From an uncultured Nitrospinota bacterium (lineage in GTDB: Bacteria; Tectomicrobia; Entotheonellia; J063; CAVPRW01), in assembly GCA_963707985.1 (NCBI GenBank), contig CAVPRW010000027.1, positions 64,001 through 128,000 on the forward strand: a DNA stretch of 64,000 nucleotides, in the 5' to 3' direction. Shown in pieces: positions 32,891-46,240 of this stretch (positions are counted from its first letter, which is position 1; every line of letters starts with the position of its first letter). The position numbers and the translations under genes were made by a program. The notes below the pieces were generated by a model. It worked only from the letters and a program-made list of their open reading frames with translations. It had not been told where the DNA came from and did no database searches.

Positions 32891-33487
32891 ATGAGCACCA
32901 CGCGCCACGCCTCGGTTTCACGCACAACCAAGGAAACAGACATCCAGATCGCACTCATGCTTGAGGGGAGTGGAGTCGGAGACATCCACACGGGTATTCC
33001 GTTCTTCGACCATATGCTCACCTCGTTCACGCGCTATGGATTTTTGGACCTCGACATCCATGCTCGAGGCGATCTCGATGTCGATTATCATCACACCGTC
33101 GAAGATGTGGGCATTTGTCTGGGAGAAGCCTTTGACCGAGCTCTGGGGACGAAGGAGGGCATCCAACGCTTTGGCCATACGGTCATGCCGATGGATGAGG
33201 CGCTGGTGTCGGTCACGCTCGACATCTCCGCCAGGCCGTATCTGATCTATCATGTCGCTTTCCCAGGGCCTCGTATCGGCACTAGCTTTCCGTCGGAGCT
33301 CGTGCAAGAATTTTTCCAGGGATTTATCCGACGTAGCGGGCTCACCTTGCACATTAACATGCAATATGGCACTAATAGCCATCACATCGCCGAGGCAATC
33401 TTTAAAGGTGTCGGCCGGGCGATGGGCCAGGCCTGCGCCATGGATCCACGCATTCATGGCGTGTTTTCGACGAAGGGAGAGTTGTAG
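32891..33487 (+). CDS. hisB: Imidazoleglycerol-phosphate dehydratase
   Basis: RTTKETDI, HHTVED, PMDE, NSHHIAE, STKG. Confidence 0.97.
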   Translation: MSTTRHASVSRTTKETDIQIALMLEGSGVGDIHTGIPFFDHMLTSFTRYGFLDLDIHARGDLDVDYHHTVEDVGICLGEAFDRALGTKEGIQRFGHTVMPMDEALVSVTLDISARPYLIYHVAFPGPRIGTSFPSELVQEFFQGFIRRSGLTLHINMQYGTNSHHIAEAIFKGVGRAMGQACAMDPRIHGVFSTKGEL

Positions 33488-33490
33488 CTC

Positions 33491-34123
33491 ATGATCGCCA
33501 TCGTCGACTGTGGCATCGGTAATCTGCGCAGTGTGCACAAGGCATTCGAACGTGTCGGACACGTGGCACACATCACGCAGAGCCCCGAGGACATCGCACG
33601 CGCGCACGCCGTCGTGCTCCCCGGGCAGGGAGCCTTCCGGGACTGTATGGCACAGCTTGGTGAGCATGACCTCCTCGATCCAGTGCTTGAATTCATCCGT
33701 TCTGGCCGCCCATACCTGGGTATCTGTCTCGGCCTGCAACTATTGATGACCGAAAGTGAAGAATTTGGCTGTCACCAAGGCATGAACATACTGCAAGGGC
33801 GCGTGCGGCGGTTCCCACACGGTCTCACCGATATCCAGGGACAGGCCCTCAAGGTCCCCCATATGGGGTGGAATCAGGCGCACGTGTCGCGACCAGTGCC
33901 GATTTTTGACGGCATCCCCGAGAATGCCTATTTTTATTTTGCGCACTCGTTCTATATAGAGCCGTTGAGCGATGCGGCAGTGGCATCGATAACCGATTAC
34001 GGTGTACACTTTGTCTCTGGCATTTGGCATGATAATATGTTTGGCGTACAGTTCCACCCCGAAAAGAGCCAAGCGCATGGCCTGCGAGTCTTGAAGAATT
34101 TTGGCGATCTGGCGTGTTCCTGA
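33491..34123 (+). CDS. hisH: IGP synthase glutaminase subunit
   Basis: GICLGLQ, PHMGWN, QFHPEKS. Confidence 0.97.
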   Translation: MIAIVDCGIGNLRSVHKAFERVGHVAHITQSPEDIARAHAVVLPGQGAFRDCMAQLGEHDLLDPVLEFIRSGRPYLGICLGLQLLMTESEEFGCHQGMNILQGRVRRFPHGLTDIQGQALKVPHMGWNQAHVSRPVPIFDGIPENAYFYFAHSFYIEPLSDAAVASITDYGVHFVSGIWHDNMFGVQFHPEKSQAHGLRVLKNFGDLACS

Positions 34124-34183
34124 TCCCTGGGGACACTGACCTGCAACGCTGGTTTCCCTATATGGAGGTGTGGTGGCGGTCAC

Positions 34184-34912
34184 ATGCTGGTAATTCCTGC
34201 AGTTGATCTCAAGAATGGTCGATGTGTACGCTTGTGGCAGGGACGTATGGACGCCGAGACGGTCTACTCCGATGACCCGGTGGCTATGGCCCAGGGTTGG
34301 GTGGATCAGGGGGCAGCCTGGCTGCATGTGGTGGATCTCGATGGAGCGGCGGAGGGAGCACCACGCAATCTGCCAGCGATCCAGCAGATCGTCCAGACGG
34401 TGTCGGTGCCGGTGCAGGTGGGTGGTGGGATTCGGACCGTTGACCGTGTTGAACGCTACCTCGATGTTGGCGTCGCGCGCATCATTATCGGCACCCTGGC
34501 AATTGAACAGCCGAGGCTTGCGGCTGACATTTGCCGACGCTTCGCTGGGCGCATCGCCATCAGCCTTGACGCACGTGATGGCAGGGTGGCTTCGCAGGGG
34601 TGGCAGGAAAGCGCCGCCTCGGACTATTTGACCGTGGCACGTCAGATCGCCGCCTGGCAGCCGTCAGTGGTAATTTTCACAGCTATCCAACGCGACGGTA
34701 CGCTTGAGGGCCCCGATCTGCCGCGGTTGAAAGACCTATTGAAGGTAGTCCGCCTGCCTGTTATCGTCGCTGGTGGCATCGGGCATATCGATCATCTGCA
34801 GAGCTTGGTACCACTCGCCCCCGCAGGGCTGTATGGAGTGATTATCGGCAAAGCGTTGTATGAAGGGTCGGTGACGTTTGGTGAAGCGCTTGCCGTCATG
34901 CAAAGAGCATAG
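34184..34912 (+). CDS. hisA: ProFAR isomerase
   Basis: IPAVDL, HVVDLDGA, GGGIR, GKALYEG. Confidence 0.97.
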   Translation: MLVIPAVDLKNGRCVRLWQGRMDAETVYSDDPVAMAQGWVDQGAAWLHVVDLDGAAEGAPRNLPAIQQIVQTVSVPVQVGGGIRTVDRVERYLDVGVARIIIGTLAIEQPRLAADICRRFAGRIAISLDARDGRVASQGWQESAASDYLTVARQIAAWQPSVVIFTAIQRDGTLEGPDLPRLKDLLKVVRLPVIVAGGIGHIDHLQSLVPLAPAGLYGVIIGKALYEGSVTFGEALAVMQRA

Positions 34913-34915
34913 CCC

Positions 34916-35704
34916 ATGCTGGTGAAACGTATCATCCCCTGTCTCGACGTGCGTGAGGGAAGGGTCGTCAAGGGGGTGCAATTCGTCGATATTCGCGATG
35001 CCGGTGATCCGGTTGAGGTCGCCCAGGTTTATGACCGTGAGGGTGCCGACGAGCTTGTGTTTCTCGACATTACTGCCTCCTATGAACAACGGAAGATTAT
35101 CCTTGACGTCGTGGCCCGCACAGCCGAACAGGTCTTCATGCCGTTGACCGTGGGAGGTGGGGTGAGTTCGATCCAGGATATGCGCAACCTGCTTAACTCC
35201 GGTGCCGATAAGGTTTCCGTCAATACCGCGGCGGTGAAGGATCCGACGCTCGTCGAGCGTGCAGCACTGCGGTTTGGCAGCCAGTGCATCGTCGTGGCCA
35301 TCGATGCGCGCCGTGCCCAGTCCTCGACGGCTAGCTCAGTAGGGGGACTGCACTGGCAGGTCTATACCCATGGCGGACGCACCCCAACGGGCCTCGACGC
35401 GGTGCAATGGGCCGTCGAGATGGAGCGCGCTGGCGCGGGCGAGATTCTGCTTACCAGTATGGATCGCGATGGCACCCAAGAGGGCTATGATCTGGAATTG
35501 ACTCATGCCGTCGCATCAGCGGTGAGCGTTCCGGTGATTGCTTCGGGCGGAGTTGGCACCCTGGAACACCTCTACGATGGCTTAACGCAGGGGAAGGCGG
35601 ATGCCGTCCTGGCAGCATCGATCTTTCATTTTCGCACGCACACCGTGCAGGAGGCCAAGGCCTATCTGGCTAGGCGCGGCGTGCCGGTGCGTGATCCAGT
35701 CTAG
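34916..35704 (+). CDS. hisF: IGP synthase cyclase subunit
   Basis: [24 protein letters not shown]. Confidence 0.98.
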   Translation: MLVKRIIPCLDVREGRVVKGVQFVDIRDAGDPVEVAQVYDREGADELVFLDITASYEQRKIILDVVARTAEQVFMPLTVGGGVSSIQDMRNLLNSGADKVSVNTAAVKDPTLVERAALRFGSQCIVVAIDARRAQSSTASSVGGLHWQVYTHGGRTPTGLDAVQWAVEMERAGAGEILLTSMDRDGTQEGYDLELTHAVASAVSVPVIASGGVGTLEHLYDGLTQGKADAVLAASIFHFRTHTVQEAKAYLARRGVPVRDPV

Positions 35705-35719
35705 GAATGAGGAACCGGC

Positions 35720-36412
35720 ATGCTGGCGGATTATCGTGTCCTGCGATTCAACGAACAAGGGCTCATTCCCGCCATCGTACAGGATGTTGCCACCGGGCGG
35801 GTGCTGATGTTGGCTTACATGAATCGTGAGGCCCTCGAACGGACGCTGGCCACAGGCCTCGTCCATTATTGGAGTCGCTCGCGTGCACAGCTCTGGCAGA
35901 AGGGTGAAACGTCAGGTCACATCCAGCACCTGCGCGACCTCCGTTATGACTGCGATGCCGACACGCTGCTGGTGATCGTTGAACAGGAGGGGGTGGCCTG
36001 TCATACCGGTGAGCCCTCATGCTTCTTCCAGCACCTCATAGAAACCCCCGAACCGATGCCGTTGCCCATCTCCGAAGGACTTCTGCAGCAACTCTATGCG
36101 GTGGTTCAAGATCGCAAACGGCGCGCTCCGCAGGAGTCCTACGTGGCTTCACTGATGGCGAGAGGTCAGGATCATGTGCTGAAGAAGGTCATCGAGGAGG
36201 CGGCCGAGGTCTTGATGGCGTCGAAAGACGGACGTCGCGAAGCGATCGTCTACGAGATGGCTGATTTATGGTTTCACGCCCTCGTCATTCTAGGTTGGCA
36301 TGATATTTCCCCTCAGGAAGTGCTCCAGGAACTCCAGCGTCGTTTTGGAAAATCCGGCCTGCGTACCAACCCGTGCCCACCCTTGCATACAACTCCCGAG
36401 CAAAGTGCTTGA
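35720..36412 (+). CDS. hisIE: Bifunctional PR-AMP cyclohydrolase / PR-ATP pyrophosphatase
   Basis: [33 protein letters not shown]. Confidence 0.97.
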   Translation: MLADYRVLRFNEQGLIPAIVQDVATGRVLMLAYMNREALERTLATGLVHYWSRSRAQLWQKGETSGHIQHLRDLRYDCDADTLLVIVEQEGVACHTGEPSCFFQHLIETPEPMPLPISEGLLQQLYAVVQDRKRRAPQESYVASLMARGQDHVLKKVIEEAAEVLMASKDGRREAIVYEMADLWFHALVILGWHDISPQEVLQELQRRFGKSGLRTNPCPPLHTTPEQSA

Positions 36413-36437
36413 CGATATTGTCTTTTCATGCTAAATT
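36409..36437 (+). promoter_or_regulatory. Putative sigma70 promoter for rpsU
   Basis: TTGACG-17 nt-TAAATT with an extended -10 TG, in AT-rich context. Confidence 0.55.
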
Positions 36438-36527
36438 GAGTTAATAACAGCTCTTTTAAAGTAGAAAAACTGTCACCACTTGTCATGAATTATCATTCTG
36501 GTAGATTCTTAGCAGAGGAGGTAGTGT

Positions 36528-36725
36528 ATGGCAGGGATCAAGGTGCGAGAGAATGAGCCCTTCGAAAATGCCCTACGCCGATTTAAGAAGCAGTGCGAGA
36601 AGTCAGGTGTCCTCTCCGAAATCCGCAAGCGTGAGTACTACGAAAAGCCCAGCGTGAAGCGTAAGCGCAAGTTGCTCGCCGCGAAGAAGAAGGCTCTCAA
36701 AGCCAAGCAAAGTCAGATCATGTAA
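36528..36725 (+). CDS. rpsU: 30S ribosomal protein S21
   Basis: [22 protein letters not shown]. Confidence 0.98.
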   Translation: MAGIKVRENEPFENALRRFKKQCEKSGVLSEIRKREYYEKPSVKRKRKLLAAKKKALKAKQSQIM

Positions 36726-36902
36726 CTGACCTCGGGCTTTATGCTTCGAGAGGCTGTTACCTATCTATATTACCGACCTCGCTACCAGAAGAATGGTAAG
36801 AGAGATTGCCGGAGAGAGTCTTATTCCCCAAGGGGAAAAGTGGTGGTGCTTGGCCCGTTTGAGGGGATAGCTTGATGAAAAACCCCCTAAAAAGGTGGGG
36901 CA

Positions 36903-37484
36903 TTGGACTGGGTTGACGTAATTATCGCGGTGGTGCTCCTGGGTTTCGCCGTACGCGGTTTCATGCGCGGGTTTCTGCGGGAGCTATTATCACTGGTCGG
37001 CTTATTTTTGGGTCTATGGATCGCCCTCCTCAAGTTTGTTCCACTGGGGGAATGGGTCCAACACAAGTTCCCGTTGACTGAGCCCCTACCATTTCACATC
37101 GCGTTTCTGGCGATTTTTCTGAGTGTGGCCAGCTTTGCCGGTATCGTGGGCTATCTGTTGCATCGGGTTGCCAAGGGGCTGTTGATGGGCTGGTTGGATG
37201 CAATTGTTGGCCTGGGATTCGGCTCTGTCAAGGGCGTGATGATCTTAACGGTGTTGCTGTTCTTACTGATGCAGCTTCCCCTCGCCGACTCGATCAGGAC
37301 TCAGCTCAGAACCTCCACTGTCGTCGACTATCTTGAGCTCTTCAATCCCTTCCTTGAACGATCCGCTCAAGCCTATCGACGATTAGGGGAGGGACGCCTG
37401 TGGGAACAATTTCGTGCGCCTGAGGCAAATCGGCCGCCTGCAATGCGTGAAGGAAGGAGGGCTGGGGATGCCTTTAGACGCTAA
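36903..37484 (+). CDS. cvpA: CvpA family membrane protein
   Basis: WVDVII...GFMRGFLRELLSL...LDAIVGLGFG; typical position before mutS2. Confidence 0.88.
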   Translation: MDWVDVIIAVVLLGFAVRGFMRGFLRELLSLVGLFLGLWIALLKFVPLGEWVQHKFPLTEPLPFHIAFLAIFLSVASFAGIVGYLLHRVAKGLLMGWLDAIVGLGFGSVKGVMILTVLLFLLMQLPLADSIRTQLRTSTVVDYLELFNPFLERSAQAYRRLGEGRLWEQFRAPEANRPPAMREGRRAGDAFRR

Positions 37485-37493
37485 GTCAGTCGT

Positions 37494-39884
37494 ATGAACT
37501 CATGGCAGGGTGAGCAAATCGCAAGTGAGCATGCATTGCACGTCCTTGAGTTCGGTGCTATCCGCCGTCTGCTTAGTCGCTGGATGAGCTCCGATCTTGG
37601 CCGCTCGCTTCTATCCGCCATCGTTCCCCTCGCTGACTTATCGCTGATTCGCCTCAAACAACGTCAAACGTCGGAAGCCAAAAACCTACTCATCGCCGAT
37701 ACACCGCCTTCTCTCCAGCAACTTGTGGATCCTCGTCCCCTCCTCGACCAAGTGGCGCAGCAGGGGAAGATCCTTGAACCGCAGGAACTGCTCGATTTGC
37801 AGTTTTTACTCGCCACGGCCCGGCAGACGAAACGTTTCTTTGGACGTCTCGTGGAACAGTATCCTTTGTTGGCGGCACTGACCGAGCCGATGCAGTTTCC
37901 CGAGTCGATCGAACGTCGGATTGGCCAGGTGGTGGATCCTCGTGGCGATATTAAGGATAGTGCGAGCCCACGGCTCCAGGAGGTTCGGACCGAGCTTCGC
38001 CACACGCGTGAGCGGGTCCGGCGGCGACTTGATGGGCATCTGACCCAACAGAGAGACGTGGTGCAGGAACCGCTCATTACCCTGCGCAACAATCGCTATG
38101 TGATTCCACTCAAGCCGGATTATCAGCGCCTCCTACGCGGCATCGTGCATGATCACTCGAACAGTGGGGCAACGGTCTTTGTTGAACCGCTCGATGTCTT
38201 GGACCTGAACAATCACTTGGTGGAGCTCACGACGGCGGCAACGGCAGAGGTGCATCGCATCCTCCGGCAATTGACCACGGAAGTCTGGGACGTGCAGATG
38301 CCGATTCGCCAGCTTGCCGAGATCCTGGGGGAGGTCGATTACATCCTCGCCCGCGGGCGTCTCAGCCAGATGTTGGACTGCCACGAGCCAGAGTTCAGGG
38401 AAGATGGTTGCATCACGCTGCTGCAGGCGCGACATCCCCTCCTTGTCGAGGCAGCCCAAAGCTCCACTGGTGTGATTGTTCCAGCGAACCTGACTATCGA
38501 GCCTGCGACCCGTACCCTGGTGATCACCGGACCCAATACCGGTGGGAAAACTGTGCTCCTCAAAACCATTGGGCTGCTCACCTTGATGGCCCAGGCTGGG
38601 ATGCACATTCCGGCCAAGGAGGGGAGCGGGTTGGCACTGTTCCGGCAGGTCCTGGTCGACATCGGCGATGAGCAGAGTATTGCCCAAAACCTCAGCACCT
38701 TCTCTGGGCATTTGCAGCACATTGTCAGCTTCCTGCACCACGCCGATCAGCAGTCGCTGGTCCTCTTGGATGAGCTCGGGGCCGGGACTGACCCAGCAGA
38801 AGGAGCCGCTTTAGGTATCGCCGTCCTGGAGCATTTGTATCGTCGAGGTGCACAAACCGTTGTCACCACGCACCACCAAGCCATTAAGTTGCATGCCCAT
38901 GCACACCAGGCGATGGATACGGCGGTGATGGAGTTCGATACCGAGACATTACTACCCACCTTTCATGTACGCGTCGGGCATTTTGGCGGGAGCAATGCTT
39001 TTGCCATCGGTCAGCGTTTAGGCATGCCTGCTGAAGTTCTGGCCACGGCCCAAATGCATATCGACGCCGATCAGCAGCGGCTGACGGAAGTCGCCGAGCG
39101 CTTGCAAGCTGAGCTCCGAGCGCTCGAGCAACTACGCCGCGAGGTCGAGCGTGATCGCCACCTTGCCGCGCAGGCTCGTGGAGACTACGAGATCAAAGTG
39201 GCTGAGATCGATGCGGAACGACGCCTCCAGCTGGCGCATGCGGCTGACGAAGTGGGGCAATGGCTGGCGAAAGCACGAAGGCGCCTGGATGAGGCGATCC
39301 ATCAGGTCCGTCGGCAAGGACTCACGCCTGAGTTGGAGCCAGCCCGAGCGTTGGTACGACAGGTTGAAGCCGAGCTTGCGCAGATGATAGCGCAAACGAC
39401 TCCACCTGAGCCTGAGGTGAGACCAGTGCCGGTAGGCGCGTCCGTTTGGCTCCCGAAATGGCGGGTGCGTGGGGTGGTACTAAAGTGGCCTGAGACAGGA
39501 GATCTGGTCGAGGTTCAAGCCGGACACATGACACTGAAGGTTCCCGCCTCTCAGCTCGACCCACTTAGCACACATGAGCTACCGTCACCTGCACCGCTCT
39601 CCCCACCATCCTATATCCGACGTCACAGCGGTGCGGAGATCTCTCCTGAGCTCAACATCATCGGTTGGCGAGTGCCCGATGCCTTATCGCAGCTTGATAA
39701 GTATTTAGACGCAGCAGTAGCGGCTGGTTTACGGCGCGTGCGGATCATCCATGGCAAAGGGAGTGGACGGCTACGGGCCGCCGTACACGAGCTCTTGACC
39801 TCCCATCCTCAGGTAAAGGCGTATATGCCCTGTAGTCCCCAAGAGGGGGGGTGGGGCGCGACATTGGTGGAAATGCATACCTAA
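37494..39884 (+). CDS. mutS2: Endonuclease MutS2
   Basis: ITGPNTGGKT, DIGDEQSI, LDELGAGTDP, Smr domain IIHGKGSG. Confidence 0.97.
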   Translation: MNSWQGEQIASEHALHVLEFGAIRRLLSRWMSSDLGRSLLSAIVPLADLSLIRLKQRQTSEAKNLLIADTPPSLQQLVDPRPLLDQVAQQGKILEPQELLDLQFLLATARQTKRFFGRLVEQYPLLAALTEPMQFPESIERRIGQVVDPRGDIKDSASPRLQEVRTELRHTRERVRRRLDGHLTQQRDVVQEPLITLRNNRYVIPLKPDYQRLLRGIVHDHSNSGATVFVEPLDVLDLNNHLVELTTAATAEVHRILRQLTTEVWDVQMPIRQLAEILGEVDYILARGRLSQMLDCHEPEFREDGCITLLQARHPLLVEAAQSSTGVIVPANLTIEPATRTLVITGPNTGGKTVLLKTIGLLTLMAQAGMHIPAKEGSGLALFRQVLVDIGDEQSIAQNLSTFSGHLQHIVSFLHHADQQSLVLLDELGAGTDPAEGAALGIAVLEHLYRRGAQTVVTTHHQAIKLHAHAHQAMDTAVMEFDTETLLPTFHVRVGHFGGSNAFAIGQRLGMPAEVLATAQMHIDADQQRLTEVAERLQAELRALEQLRREVERDRHLAAQARGDYEIKVAEIDAERRLQLAHAADEVGQWLAKARRRLDEAIHQVRRQGLTPELEPARALVRQVEAELAQMIAQTTPPEPEVRPVPVGASVWLPKWRVRGVVLKWPETGDLVEVQAGHMTLKVPASQLDPLSTHELPSPAPLSPPSYIRRHSGAEISPELNIIGWRVPDALSQLDKYLDAAVAAGLRRVRIIHGKGSGRLRAAVHELLTSHPQVKAYMPCSPQEGGWGATLVEMHT

Positions 39885-39939
39885 TCAGGCGGCTGATCGG
39901 TCAACACGGTGGTCACGAACTAGCATGTAGGGAGATCTT

Positions 39940-41835
39940 GTGGCTGACCATATCCCTCAGGACATCATTGAAGAGATTCGCCGACGCAATGACATCGTTG
40001 AGGTGATCGGTGAGTACCTCCCGCTCAAGGGCAGTGGTGGGAACTTTAAGGCGTTGTGCCCATTCCACTCTGAGAAGACTCCCTCCTTCACAGTTACTCG
40101 TCCGAAGCAAATCTTTCATTGCTTTGGCTGTGGAGTGGGAGGCACTATCTTTCACTTTATCATGAAGTATGAACACATGAGCTTCCCCGAAGCGGTGGCC
40201 TATTTGGCCAAGCGGGCTGGAGTCACCCTGCCGAAAAATCGGCTCTCTACGACGTCGTCGCCGCTAGAAGCACACAAGGCGCAACTCTATGGCATGAATG
40301 AGCTGGCAGCAAAATATTTTCACCAACTGCTCCTGAACAGCCCTCAGGGAGAAAAGGCTCGTAGCTATCTACATACACGCGGCATCGATCAACACTCAAT
40401 CGAGCGCTTTCACCTCGGCTATGCTCCAGCCGGATGGGACGGCCTGGTCCGACACGGCACAGCGCGTGGATTTCACCCAACAATGCTGGCGGAAGTCGGA
40501 TTGGTCAAAGCGCGCGACGATGGCCGAGGGTTCTATGATCGATTCCGAGATCGCTTGATGTTCCCCATCTGCGATGTCATGGGGCGCGTCGTAGCCCTGG
40601 GAGGACGGTTGCTGGAGAATTTGCCTGAGGCCCCGAAGTACCTCAACTCGCCTGAAACCGCCATCTACAAAAAAGGCATGCTGCTGTATGGCCTCCATCT
40701 TGCCAAACAGGCGATACGAGCCGAGGGCCGGGTGCTCGTCGTCGAGGGCTATCTAGATCTGATCAGCCTCTTCCAGTCCGGCATCGAACATGTCGTGGCA
40801 ACACTTGGCACTGCCCTGACGCGCAGCCATGTGCAACTTCTCAAGGCCTATGCCAAAGAGGCCGTTCTACTATTCGACGGCGATACGGCCGGACGATCCG
40901 CCGCATTGCGCGGGAAGGACTATTTTCTCCAGGGGCATGTGCGTTATTTCCTGCGAAGCGACCACGTCTCGTCCTTGATGCAGGCGCTGGAAGGAGATCT
41001 GCATGTCAAAGTGATGCTGCTACCACAGGGCCATGACCCCGACACGTTTGTTCAGGCCGAGGGACGCGATGCCCTGCTCGCCAAAGTGCGGGAGGCACAG
41101 CCGTTTATCGAATTCCTGTTGGATGCCGAGGCCAACGGGCACGATCTGGCTTCGGTGCAAGGCAAACTTGCGTATGTGCGCAAATTGCTGCCATTGATCG
41201 TCAACCTGGGCAATCAGGTGGAGCGTACGGAGTATTTGTCAGAGCTCGTCAAGCGCACCGGCGTCGCACCAATGGCGCTTGCTGCTGAGCTCCATAAACT
41301 CAAGTCAGGGGCGCCGGCATCTGCACCAACGGCCGAATCTCACTATTTTCCACCTCTGGGGCCGGAACGGTTGCTCGTACAGCTGCTGTTGCTCCACCGT
41401 GGCTGGATTCCCTATGCCCAGGCGCAATTACCCTTCGACCGTGTCCTGGAACCGAATCTTCGGGCCATCCTCCAAGCCTTGTACACGTTGGCTGAAGAAA
41501 CTGGTGAGATCGAGGTGGCTGCGTTGCTCGAGCATCTGCCGGATGACCAGCAGCGCGATCTGGTGGCCCGATTGGCCCTGGAGCCGCTGGGTGATGAAGG
41601 GGTGCAACAGCAAATCGACGATTGCCTCACCGCCATCCAACGGCGCGACATCGAAGCTCAGCTCAAGGGCTTGAAGGAGGAGATGCATGCGGCAGAACGA
41701 CAAGACGACATGGTGCAACTGGCTCACCTGCAGCGGAGGTTCGCCGAGCTGCGCAGGACCCTGATCACACGGTCTCAACCGGTAGTACAGCGCCCGGAAA
41801 CATCCGTCGCCTCAGGCCGTGCTCCACAGATTTAA
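39940..41835 (+). CDS. dnaG: DNA primase
   Basis: CPFH...CFGC, KYLNSPET, VEGYLD, FDGD, DPD. Confidence 0.97.
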   Translation: MADHIPQDIIEEIRRRNDIVEVIGEYLPLKGSGGNFKALCPFHSEKTPSFTVTRPKQIFHCFGCGVGGTIFHFIMKYEHMSFPEAVAYLAKRAGVTLPKNRLSTTSSPLEAHKAQLYGMNELAAKYFHQLLLNSPQGEKARSYLHTRGIDQHSIERFHLGYAPAGWDGLVRHGTARGFHPTMLAEVGLVKARDDGRGFYDRFRDRLMFPICDVMGRVVALGGRLLENLPEAPKYLNSPETAIYKKGMLLYGLHLAKQAIRAEGRVLVVEGYLDLISLFQSGIEHVVATLGTALTRSHVQLLKAYAKEAVLLFDGDTAGRSAALRGKDYFLQGHVRYFLRSDHVSSLMQALEGDLHVKVMLLPQGHDPDTFVQAEGRDALLAKVREAQPFIEFLLDAEANGHDLASVQGKLAYVRKLLPLIVNLGNQVERTEYLSELVKRTGVAPMALAAELHKLKSGAPASAPTAESHYFPPLGPERLLVQLLLLHRGWIPYAQAQLPFDRVLEPNLRAILQALYTLAEETGEIEVAALLEHLPDDQQRDLVARLALEPLGDEGVQQQIDDCLTAIQRRDIEAQLKGLKEEMHAAERQDDMVQLAHLQRRFAELRRTLITRSQPVVQRPETSVASGRAPQI

Positions 41836-41888
41836 GTAATGGTGATAGCAGCACAATGGCATGACTGCGGAGGGAGGTGTGAACAGTT

Positions 41889-43658
<1,770 letters not shown>

Positions 43659-43920
43659 GATGTACCTGCCCGTGTCGCTCCTGTTCCCACCTGGCCCTCG
43701 GCAGGCCAAGGACCAGGTGGGGCAGAGCGACCACATGCCCCCTGACATAGCCACGCAACGCATTGTAGAATCGGCTGTGCATCCACCATGAGTACTTCCC
43801 CACTGCAACATCGCAGAGCTATCCACCCCAGACGAGTCATACAAAAAAGGTTGGGGATGCTAGAGGCGCAGACTGCGCTCATAGGTCCTGCCTCGCTTCG
43901 GGGCATGACGTCTGCGCCGC

Positions 43921-44411
43921 TTAGGCAGCTTGGTTGATCTCGCGCTCAATTGCCTCCACCAGCGATTTCGACTCGGGTGCCACGCTGGACCCGAAACGCG
44001 CCACTACTTCGCCGTTCCGGGCAAGTCAGGAACTTTTCGAAGTTCCACTGAATCGGTCCGGGATATTTGGCCTGTGCGTCCGGCGAACGTGAGGTGCCTG
44101 TACAGATCGCACTGGTTCCTGCCGTTGACGTCGACCTTGTCGAACATGTCAAAGGTCACGCCGTAGTTCTTCTGGCAGAACTGCGCGATCTGCTCCGAGG
44201 TCCCAGGTTCCTGGTGCCCGAACTGATTGCATGGGAAACCCAACACCATCAACCCACTCGCTCCGTACTTGTTATAGATGGCCTGCAAGCCCTTGTATTG
44301 CGGCGTGTATCCACACGCACTGGCGACGTTCACAATCAGGAGCACTTTGCCCTGATACTGACTCAGGTCGACTTCCTGACCCGTCAGTGATTTCATCTTG
44401 CCCTGGAGCAT
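43921..44411 (-). CDS. Glutathione peroxidase family (Cys form), two +1 frameshifts (about 44085 and 44025)
   Basis: NVASACGYT, GFPCNQFG.QEPG, then WNFEKFL and ARNGEVVARF in successive frames. Confidence 0.82.
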
Positions 44412-44449
44412 CGTTGGGGTCTCCTTCTGTCGACTGTGTGTTGAACGCC

Positions 44450-45066
44450 TCAAGCCCGCCCCGCCAGCTTACGTCCCTGATCGAGGACCGAAAAGGAGCG
44501 CGGTGCGCCCGGCATTAGGAAACGGTAGCCGCTGGCGATCAGACGCTCGATATTGCGCGCATCCGGGTGGGGATGCCCACACGGGATGTTGTGCTCCTGA
44601 CAAATCTTGGAATGCTCTGAATGGCGTCGGCGACCACGGGGTGCTCGTATTCTCTGGGGTGGCCGAGCTCTTGGCTCAGGTCGCCTTCGCCAATTAGCAC
44701 CACGCCGATGCCAGGGACCTCTTGCAGGATCTTGGGGAGGTTATCGATAGCCCGCATCTCTTCACACTGGATGATCGCCAGGATCTCCCCATGCGGCGCC
44801 AGTGGCCACACATCCGCCCGAGCGTAGTAGTCCTGCTGCGAGAGACCCCAGTACCGTGCTGCCCGGGCCGGGGCATCTCCACGGATGCCTGGGGGGTGGT
44901 ATAGGGGAGACTTCGGCAGCTTGGGGTAGCGGCAAGCACCGACCGCATTGCGCGCCTCTTCAACAGTGCTCACATGCGGGAAGATGATGCCGAACACCCC
45001 GATGTCCAGCACTTGCTTGGCGATCCACTGGTTCATCTCACCCCCATTGGGCGGAATCCGCACCAT
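44450..45066 (-). pseudogene. HpcH/HpaI aldolase family, 5'-truncated and frameshifted near 44610
   Basis: VRIP, KQVLDIG, PHVSTVEEA, IGEGDLS; the N-terminal part is absent. Confidence 0.75.
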
Positions 45067-45233
45067 TGGATTTAACCCGCTGCGCCATGTGCTATATGTA
45101 CCTGACGGTAGCAGATGTGAGGGCTCAGTCTAGCAAACGGCTGTGCGAGTGACAAGCGAAACCCCCTTTGGTATACTGCGCGCCGTCTATCCACGAGGGT
45201 ATCGTCAGCGCACCAACGCGGAGGGATCCAGCC

Positions 45234-46240
45234 ATGATCATCGATGCACACGCACACTACACCACAGCCCCACCTGAGTTGCAAGCCTATCGCGGCCGTC
45301 AGATCATGAACCTGGCCAATCCCCCACGCCCGCGGCTGCAGATCAGCGATGAGCAGCTGGAGCGGTCTATGGCGCAACCAGTTCAAGCGCATGCAGGACA
45401 GTGGGATCGACCGCTTCATGTTTTCGCCCCAAGCCTCCGCCATGGGGCATCACTTTGGCTCAGAGCTGATCAGCCGGTACTGGACGGAAGCCTGTAACGA
45501 CCTCATCGCACGCGTCGCCCGTCTCTGGCCGGACAAACTCTCGCCGGTCTGTCAGCTGCCACAGTCGCCGGGCGTCGGCCCCAAGTCCTGGATAGAAGAG
45601 CTGCAGCGCTGTGTCACAGAGCTCGGGTTTGTGGCCTGCAATATCAACCCGGATGTGGCCGGAGGTCGAGAGCCCTTCACGCCCTCGCTCGGTGACGAAT
45701 GGTGGTATCCGCTGTGGGAGAAGATGGTCGAGCTCGACATCCCTGGCACCATCCACGCCAGCGCGGCCTGTCAACCCGGCCATGCATACGACCAGCGCCT
45801 ACTACATCGGCCAGGATCTCTCGAGCGCCGTGGAGCTCCTCAGCTCGCGTGTCTTCCAGGACTTTCCCAGGCTGAAGCTGATCATTGCCCATGGCGGCGG
45901 GTCCATCCCGTACCAGTGGAACCGGCATCGCGGCATGCATGTGCGCGAGGGCCATGAGCCGTTCGAAGACGCAGTGAAGCGCGTGTACTGGGATATGGCC
46001 ATCTACGATAAAGAGAGCATGGAGTTACTGATCAAGCGGATAGGGGTGGACAACATCCTGTTCGCCACCGAGATGTTTGGGGCGATCAATGCCATCGACC
46101 CCAAGACGGGCCGGAATTTCGAGGACATCGTGCCCATCTTCCAGTCCATCGAGTGGCTCAGCGACGAAGACCGTTACAAGATCACCGAGGGCAACGCCAG
46201 AAAGGTCTACTCACGGGCAGACTTTGACCGTAAACCGTAG
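45234..46240 (+). CDS. 4-oxalomesaconate hydratase LigJ-like amidohydrolase, two +1 frameshifts (about 45371 and 45768)
   Basis: MIIDAHAHYTTAP, SPQASAMGHH, QLPQSPG, NINPD, AHGGG, NILFATEM.GA...DP.TG. Confidence 0.8.

Noticed and set aside
43921..44411. Glutathione peroxidase as a second selenoprotein
   Set aside because: The active-site codon is TGT (Cys); the breaks are frameshifts, not UGA.
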